Positions 55,749 through 64,000 of a stretch of DNA of 64,000 bases are shown here, piece by piece (positions within the stretch are counted from its first letter, which is position 1; each line of letters opens with the position of its first letter). The position numbers were made by a program, and so were the translations under genes. Source of the DNA: Octopus sinensis (taxonomy: Eukaryota); the NCBI RefSeq assembly GCF_006345805.1, contig NC_042999.1:94612001-94676000 (forward strand). Reading direction: 5' to 3'. Under the pieces are notes generated by a model. It made no database searches, was not told where the DNA came from, and worked only from the letters and a program-made list of their open reading frames with translations.

Positions 55749-57077
55749 ATTTATGTATATGTATGTATATATATATACATGTATGGATTGATGGATGCAT
55801 GGATACATGGATACATGCATGTATGTACATATGTATGAATAAGTATATATATATAATCATCTTGTCATGAATGAAGTTTCACGTACTAACTTCGGCTGCT
55901 AGTAACATAAAGTAGAAAGGAATATTTTTCGAAATTTTAAGGAAAGCACCTTAAGAACTAGTTGATGTAATACTTCTTATATTCCAAAGTTGCTGTAGGA
56001 CATATATTTTTCAGTTATCCACAGTTATCTTAATATTTTTCCCGCAAACTATATTTGGATTATTTTTATTTTCAATTTTCTGTATAATTTACATCAAAAA
56101 CATATAATTTTGCAATAATTACGAATTTAATTTTTCTTTCTCATTAAATATTGTATGATTTCCCCGCAAAAAGAAAACTTGATTTATTATTATTGCAGAA
56201 AAGCGTGGAAGCAATGGCAACACTTCAAATGTATGTCTTTTGCGATATACCAGAATTAGCATGTAGTTCTCTATCTTGTTAAAATCTTGGTGAATTTAAA
56301 TTCACTTCCGTTTAATAAATTAAACTCTAATCATATTTCTAGAGCTTTAAATATACATTCAGCCATTTACGGCTTGCTTCTTTCGAACCGTTTTATGTTG
56401 TCTTCAAAACGGTTTGCGTGCCATTTTAGCATTTGTAAATTTCTGAAGCTTTGCATGTCTATTTTAGTGCACAAATTTGCATATGCATTCATGTATCGGT
56501 GCACAATGTGAGAGTTCCCAACAGGAACTATACATTTTGTGTATGTGTGCGTATATGAATGTGTGCGTGTGTGAGTGTATGTGTACCTATAAATGCTTAC
56601 GTATGTGTAGATATACGTTCGTGTTTACATAATGAATGGTTTGTTATTGACTTGATTGAGGGAATGCGAATATGAGAAAGAGATACACAACGCGAAAGAG
56701 GGTAAGCGAGTGCGAACCAGGCAGTGTTGTATTCGCAAACGATAAACTTATACCCTAAATAATACGGGCGTATTCTCGAGATATCCAAATAATTTTAGAA
56801 GACTAACAATGATACATTGGTTACTAATGTTTTAGAGAAAATATATCACAAAAATCTATTTCCCCGCATTGATTCGCTCTGAAAAAAGAAACCTAAGGAC
56901 CAAATTGAACAAATACTTCTGAGCTAATGCAGAGCAATATAACCAGTAAAATACATGTTAATTTTTATCATGTTAAGAGCATCATTCTGTGTTCGCGGTT
57001 TAATAGGTACTTGCCAGCGGCTCGATGCACCTAGCTGCGAGCAGGCAATGCAGAATCACCATTATCAATATTCTTTT

Positions 57078-57270
57078 CTACTCTGGGCACAAGGCCCGTA
57101 ATTTTTGAATGCCAGTCGATTAGTACGCAACTGGTACTTAATTTATGGACCCCGAAAGCATGAACGGCAAAGTCGACCACGGCGGAAATTAAACTCAGAA
57201 CGTAAAGAAAAACGAAATACTCCTAAGCATTTCGCCCTGCGTGCTAACGTTTCTACCAGCACGCCGCCTT
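57078..57270 (-). mobile_element. tRNA-derived SINE, family B
   Basis: caactggtacttaatttat..gcaaagtcgaccacggcggaaattaaactcagaacg. Confidence 0.75.
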
Positions 57271-59732
57271 TCAGCATTGACAATTGCTTTGTTGACTTTT
57301 AAGTAGTCTATTGCGTTTGACCAACATATATTAACTAAAAAACAGGCCGCCATCTCTATTCCCAAGTATATTCTGTTTGCGATCTGCACACATGCGTATG
57401 AATGGTTTTATTTCTGCATAATCATAAACATCAATATATGGAACAATAGTCAGTAGCGATATGTGTTTAAATGGATTATATGTGCTTGGACTAACACGAA
57501 TTGTTTTAGTTCATTGATATTCTATAACTTATGCTGCACTAAGCCATTTCGTTAGAAAATACTTTTGTGTCTCTTATTTAATTTTTAATGATTTGGATTT
57601 CTTGTTTTGTTTATTCATTTATTTATTTTGGTTTTATGCAAGTTAATCGATATTACTGCAAATATTTTCAATGTTATCCTCATCAATCGAAAGAATAATG
57701 TAATTGTTCAACTGTGGAACATATCGAATTGTTGGTTTTGATTTTGTATTTTACACTGATCTTAAACATTACAACGTTGAGTGCCTAAACCTATGAAACT
57801 GCACGATTTTCAACAGTTTCTATATAGTTAAAATACTTCTTCCTGGTGCCTTTTATTATTTGTTGTCAATAGTATAATTTTATCATTGTCGTCAACATTG
57901 CCAATAGTTTTATTTTATTAGTTATTCTTGTTAACGTTGTCAATATTTTCAGTTTTGTTGCTATTATTTTGTGTAATGTAGATTTTGCCTTAAGGTTGAT
58001 AAAGTATTACATGCTAAACTTCAGCTCAACCCGAACGGTCAGACCTATGATAACGTGTTCTATCCGCAACCATCTAGCTTCACCAATGTGCATGGGACCT
58101 AAAAGTAAATTGTCCCATGAGTCTTCCAATAATACGGTAGGGTGAGTTTTAAAAGCTATTTAGCAAGCACGTCGTACAACCTACATAAATGATTCCTCCA
58201 TGTTGATCGGGTAAATAGACTACTATCGTCTCCAAAGTGTCTAGCGCTCCCAGTATAAGAAATCGTTCTTTCCTTTTACCAATCGTAAGAGTTTCTAACA
58301 TTAACTTTTGTTATGCTTTTCTGTTCTCTGTGTTCAACTCCTTCGTGATCCGATTAATTTTATAAGTACTCCTCAGCGGAGTCAACGGAACAAACATTGG
58401 CATTATATGAACTATACTAGTTAGTGTCAGCTGCTATAAGGATTTTGTAGTAGTGTGTTCATGTAATTGGAGAAATCTGCATACTAAACAAAAATTTCAA
58501 TGCTGAATAAGTGATTGTGTGCTGAGATTACTGGACAAATATTTTTACGCTGAAAACTGTAACAGCGTAATGCAATTTGGTACATTTAGCAAATGTCAGT
58601 TGGAACTTATTCATAGAGAAGGTTCGATTGTAAGCAGGATGTCCTATATATAATATGCAAATATGTCTAATAAAATGTGTTGTTCTGATTGTTGTAAAAA
58701 GATCTAGAACTTAGTGTACTTCATCCGCCATCACATATTCTTTTTATATATCAAGGATTAATACTATCAATCAGGCGCTTCCGTTGTTTAAGATGTCAAA
58801 CTGTATTTGAGTGTGCATTTTCTATGCTTTCTCGGGGTGTCAAGGTATCTTCAAACAAGTGTTCATACCTAAATACATACAGCAGAGGGGACTCGACAAA
58901 GGGCATCTTAAGAGTTTGAAACCGGGTGATAATTAAAGTCTACCACCCATTTAGGCCACAGTGGGATTTGAACTTAGAACACAAAGAAGCGGAATACTCA
59001 AAGGTATCTAATTAGGTGTTCTTACAGTTCCATTAATCCACCGTCCTTAATGACCATTTCTTTAACGACGCCAAAATGACGAAATAGAAAGCTGACCTTG
59101 ACTGAATATCAACTCAGAGGGCGAAGGGTCAAAACAAATACTGCGTGGCTTTCTCTCCGATGCTCTACCAGTTTATTGCTCTACATAGGAATTTCCTTAT
59201 GTTGTTTCTCAAGATGTTAAGTAATTTTTGTATAACTACATGACAGGAAATAAAGTCGAATGCCTTGTTGATATCGATGGAAATTTGATAGAGCGCCGAA
59301 AAAATTTTGTTGCTGACGCAATTGTTTAATATCTATGTAAGATTTCAGTCCTTGGTTATCGAGTTTAATGACCCAAATCTGCACCGTGATTTGGACTGGC
59401 ACATCTTTGAGGTAGTGATATAAACAAGAAATTTTACTAAAACTTATGAGAGTGAGGTAGTCTGAAGGGTCAATATCATACTCTTCAACTTGATTTTTGC
59501 TTGACCTTAGAATTTTAATGATTTTATCCGGTTTCTCGATGGAATCTTGGTTACAAGTGAAACGTGCTGATATCTGTGTCCTATATCCCTGTACTTTTGC
59601 GTGATATTATTTGCTGATTTTTCAGAAATCTGTTATAAAGACATTCGCCTTGTGTTGCTCAACGTTCTTACTGTGACATAGGTTTTCATATACAAGCGCT
59701 TGTTGATGGTAGGCGCTAATACATCAAACTAT

Positions 59733-59839
59733 ATGGACACTGTAGAGAATCGCAAGCACTCTACACCTGCAGCAGAGAAAAACAGAAGTTTGAACACACA
59801 AACGCACACGTACACACACACACACCACACACACACACA

Positions 59840-59925
<86 letters not shown>

Positions 59926-60063
59926 ATATCCAATGTAAATCGCAGAACAAAATGTGCTGTAATTTTCGTTTTGTTGTGCCATTTACGTTGTATATAGGTA
60001 AGGGGCGATTTTTGGTTTTCTCTGCTGCAGGTATAGCGTGTTTGTGATTCTCTATAGTATCCA
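59733..60063. mobile_element. MITE-like foldback with ~56 bp imperfect terminal inverted repeats
   Basis: tggacactgtagagaatcgcaagcactctacacctgcagcagagaaaa pairs with ttttctctgctgcaggtatagcgtgtttgtgattctctatagtatcca. Confidence 0.7.
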
Positions 60064-60502
60064 CCAGTTTTGCTATGTTCTGTAATTTAGATTACATTTA
60101 TTATGTTGCTGGCATGTTTTATCACTATGATGCATTTATTGTCTTTTTATTGAATTTAAGCTGAAAAATTATGTTGGTGAATGGCGTGTTATTGAATTCT
60201 GAAAATCTTGAATTTGTTTCCTGTCAGAACCGGTTCTAGAGGGCGCATCGGAAATTTGTAAAAGCATCTTGCTTTCTTCTGTATTCTGTGAGCATGCTGC
60301 CATCACAATGTGTAAGCAGTCAGAATAAAGTTGAAAATTATTTTCTACGAGGATATGGTAACTAAGTGTGTTGAGCAACAGAGATACTTGGGGTTTTTTT
60401 GCTGAAGTTAAATTGGCTTAGCATATGTATGTCTTGGCGATATGTTTGTGATGCTGTTGTAACCCTCCAATATTATGTGACAATATTTGATCATATATCT
60501 TC

Positions 60503-60748
60503 CCGTTGTTTCAGTCATTAGACTGTAGCCAAACTGGGACACCGGCTTGAACAATTTTTAATCGATTGAATCGATACCACTATTTTTTCTAAAGCCTGGT
60601 ACTTATTCTATCGGTCAGTTTTGCCGAACTGCCAAGTTATGTGGACGTAAACAAACCAGCACCGGTTATCAAGCAATAGGAGGACAAACACAGGCACAAT
60701 GGCACACACACACACACACACATACATATATATATATATGTGTATATG

Positions 60749-60780
<32 letters not shown>

Positions 60781-60903
60781 ATATATATATATATATATAG
60801 ATATAGATATATATATATATATGATACTTGCCCAAAGTCCCAAGCAGTGGGACTGAACCTGGAACCATGTGGGTGGGAAACAATCTTCTTGCCATACAGC
60901 CAC
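60503..60903 (-). mobile_element. tRNA-derived SINE, family A (diverged)
   Basis: gtttcagtcattagactg..ggtacttattctatcggt..tttgccgaac, and head cttgcccaa..gcagtgggactgaacctggaaccatgtgg. Confidence 0.8.
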
Positions 60904-62349
60904 TTCCTTAACGTTAGTGTTTGAGATTGCATGAATATGTATTTAATGGGAGTCACATATAGATACAATTGGTAAACTCGGTGAGTGCGCGTGAACACGC
61001 TCATGGGAATGTATGTATGTATACATGTATGTGTGCATCTTAGTATATTAAAAGGTTTTGTTTCCACTTTTTATATTGAATATTTACTGTTACTTTTATT
61101 TTTTTACCGCTTTGTAGTACATATCACTTGAATGCATGATTCTACGTTATGAAGCTTACTCTCTGGTGATATACTGCCTACACCCTTATCGTATCCTACT
61201 TACTTATCTGTGGTGTCAGGTGTCATAGATGTCAAAGTGTTTCCTGAACTATCCCAGTATGGAAGCTATGTGTGATAATAACATTCTTTTGTTTATCAAG
61301 AGCTTTTTCCCGGTATCAGTCTAACACTAGTATTTGTACTATTTTAAAATATGCTGTTTAGAATTTTTCTTTCCTTTTTTAGAATACTGTAGAAATATTC
61401 TATGCGGGGCTGTCACATTCGCGGAAGATGGTTATAACTGCACTTGGCGTTTTTATCGTCATTTGTTTTACTTTTTCATATTTTTTTATTGCAATTGTTA
61501 CTGTATTGCCATGTGTTTATTTGCCACTTCTGTAAATGATGTTAGATTTGTGGGCTATTTTCAGAAACGTTTTTTGCACTTTCAGGATTCCGTTTTGGCA
61601 TGTATTTGTTTTTATCGCATCTTTATGGCATCCTCACAAGCTGTACTTCACATATTTTTATGCCTTACAGCTTTAAATGAAACTCTTACTATCAGTATCC
61701 GTATCGTTGACTGATCTATTATATTCAGAACTACTTTATCTACAGCATTAATTACTTTCGAAAACAATATGGTAAAAGTTACCGGAAATTTGGCTGCAAA
61801 CTTTAACAGCTTGAGCAAATGGAAATAGGTTCTTTCATTCGAGATCTTCCATCTCTATAGCTCAAGGTTTAAAAACTTCTAATAATAACCTATTGGAGTT
61901 ACCTCCTGCTGATAGATTTTAGAGTTCCAGCACCCCTAAAATGAGTGTTTTCTTCCAAATAACATGGATCATTTTAGTCAATGCAAGTCAGTACAATATA
62001 ATTACATATGTGAGAGTTTGCAGTGTATGTTGAATCAGTTGCCATTTAACAGTTATATTATCATATCACCAATAGATGTGCAAAACAGTATTTTCCATAG
62101 TTTTATCCATATAATATTGTTTGATATTATTTGAGGTTATCACTGGAGTATACGAAGGAATATGTCTGCCTAAAAATCCTATTTTATCATATATCAAAAT
62201 TCAGCTAATTTCATCTACTCAGTTAAAACTAAGGTAACTCTACATAGTTAAATGATTTTACTAAATTCTCAGAATAAGTTTCTCGTTTCCTCATATCTTT
62301 TTCGCGGCTTCATTTACTCTGTCTTAACTCCAACCACGCTTATATATAT

Positions 62350-62412
<63 letters not shown>

Positions 62413-64000
62413 TTATTTTACTTCCGATCTTTTTTATGTTTAATATTCTATTACCTTTCACTCCACAAAAAGTTTTCTTCCTAATTTCTTTTCTGCCCTG
62501 TCATTTCCATCATTTACTTTTATCCTGCATCTCGCAAATATTGTGTATTTTTCTCCCTTCTTTCCTCTCTCTCTCTCTCACTTAAGTAGTCTACATACCA
62601 CTGCGTATATACTCGAGAATTTTTATTGATTATGAATATTCCACTATAGGGAGTACTAATTCTTTTTAGAAGACCAAGGTATTCTGACATGTATTTATCA
62701 ATAAAATAAATGTCAATAATTCTGCCTCGTTGTTTATGTTACCAACTTTCCAGATGAACTGCATTATGGATAGTCTGTGTTATTTTTACTTCTCACATAA
62801 GATTAATACTGCACGAAGTGCCATTAATCTTGAAAATTAGATTTTGCTCACGCATAATTTTGGGCCCTCATGTCTATATGAGAAATCGTTACATTTTTAC
62901 TGCAGATATATATGAAGAGAGCTATGTCATATGTGATATATACATATATCACGTATATTAATGATTAAACTGACCACAAATTGATGTGGTATTAATCAAT
63001 CAGCTAAAAGGAATGTGTTTCGCTCATAGCAAAGCATTTAACTATGAAATAAACGTGTCAACATGACTATGCTTGAGCACAACAAGTTAAGTAAAGCTGA
63101 GTTATAGTCAGCTTTATAGTGTAGAACTTACAAATGATACAGTATGTTGAAATACCGATTTGAGAACTTCGTTTCGATTTAACTTGTAGAACTTATAAGA
63201 AATATCAGTTTTATTTATGCCGGGCACATGGCATAAGTGCAAACTCTCCAATGTTACCTCCTACCATTTACATAAACTGCATTCAAATACATTGCACAAA
63301 TGCAGATAAATATATATTAAATATTATATGTTGTTATATCTGTTAGTCGATGAGTATGTGATAATTTATATCACATTTGCCATAGTTTTATGTTAATGTA
63401 ACTGACACACTCTAATCTTCAATGAATAGGAATTGAAATATTCCATAAGTCTTCAAATGCTATTACATCATACCCGAAAGTTTCTCTTTTGACAGACTGC
63501 GTGAAATATGACTCGGTCAAGCTTTGACCATTCATTCTCTAAGTTAGCAACTACAGAAGCAAACTGTTGCTGTATATCAACATACTGAAGTGATGGAACT
63601 CAACCATAAATCAATTCCGCGTTATGGCTTCACAATCCCGGCAGAATATTCCCAATGCAAGTTATTGATGTCCATATGCAGTATTCACACTCATTTACTG
63701 TCAAAATAATCCAAGTCGTATTGATTTAATGCAATTTAATGACGATTGATGGAAAAATTTATTAAAGATTCGAGTTATACGTAAGAATGTAGGTTAACTC
63801 AGCCACATAATTTTATATTTATGTGCACTTACACCTACACACAACATACGCTTAGAAGCACATACACACACGTATACACACTAATATGTTTGTCAGTATG
63901 TGTGTGTAGGTAACAGGTTTTCCTTCAAACGTGGAATATTGGAGACAGAATGCGAAATAGATAAATACAGACGTGAGTTTTATATATGTATGTGCACGTA

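Overview
AT-rich, microsatellite-dense animal genomic DNA. The SINE families and repeat content look like an octopus genome (inferred from recalled repeat sequences, not from a search). No intact protein-coding gene, rRNA, true tRNA gene or CRISPR array is supportable, and most ORF-track entries are microsatellite artefacts. The window holds four kinds of content. (1) A young, GC-rich, 5'-truncated L1/Tx1-type LINE (44.5-47.5 kb, minus) flanked on both sides by (TATC)n. About 6 kb away lies a ~0.95 kb 'half element' (53.2-54.1 kb, plus). It carries only a decayed ORF1-like, zinc-knuckle frame plus the same 3' tail, and it is also flanked by (TATC)n. This suggests a microsatellite-targeting autonomous/non-autonomous pair. 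(2) Penelope-like remnants, including an RT-deleted GIY-YIG copy, several long palindromes and hammerhead-ribozyme-like motifs. (3) Decayed RLE-type (R4/Dong/NeSL-like) and RTE LINEs, a non-autonomous Helitron, a mariner fragment, a hAT-type MITE and at least three SINE families. (4) Scattered, frameshifted exon-like remnants with cadherin-repeat and EGF motifs, on the minus strand from about 1.7 to 18.7 kb and on the plus strand from about 28 to 61.5 kb. These are interpreted as two divergently oriented, decayed multi-exon cadherin-like genes. All translations and alignments were done by eye.
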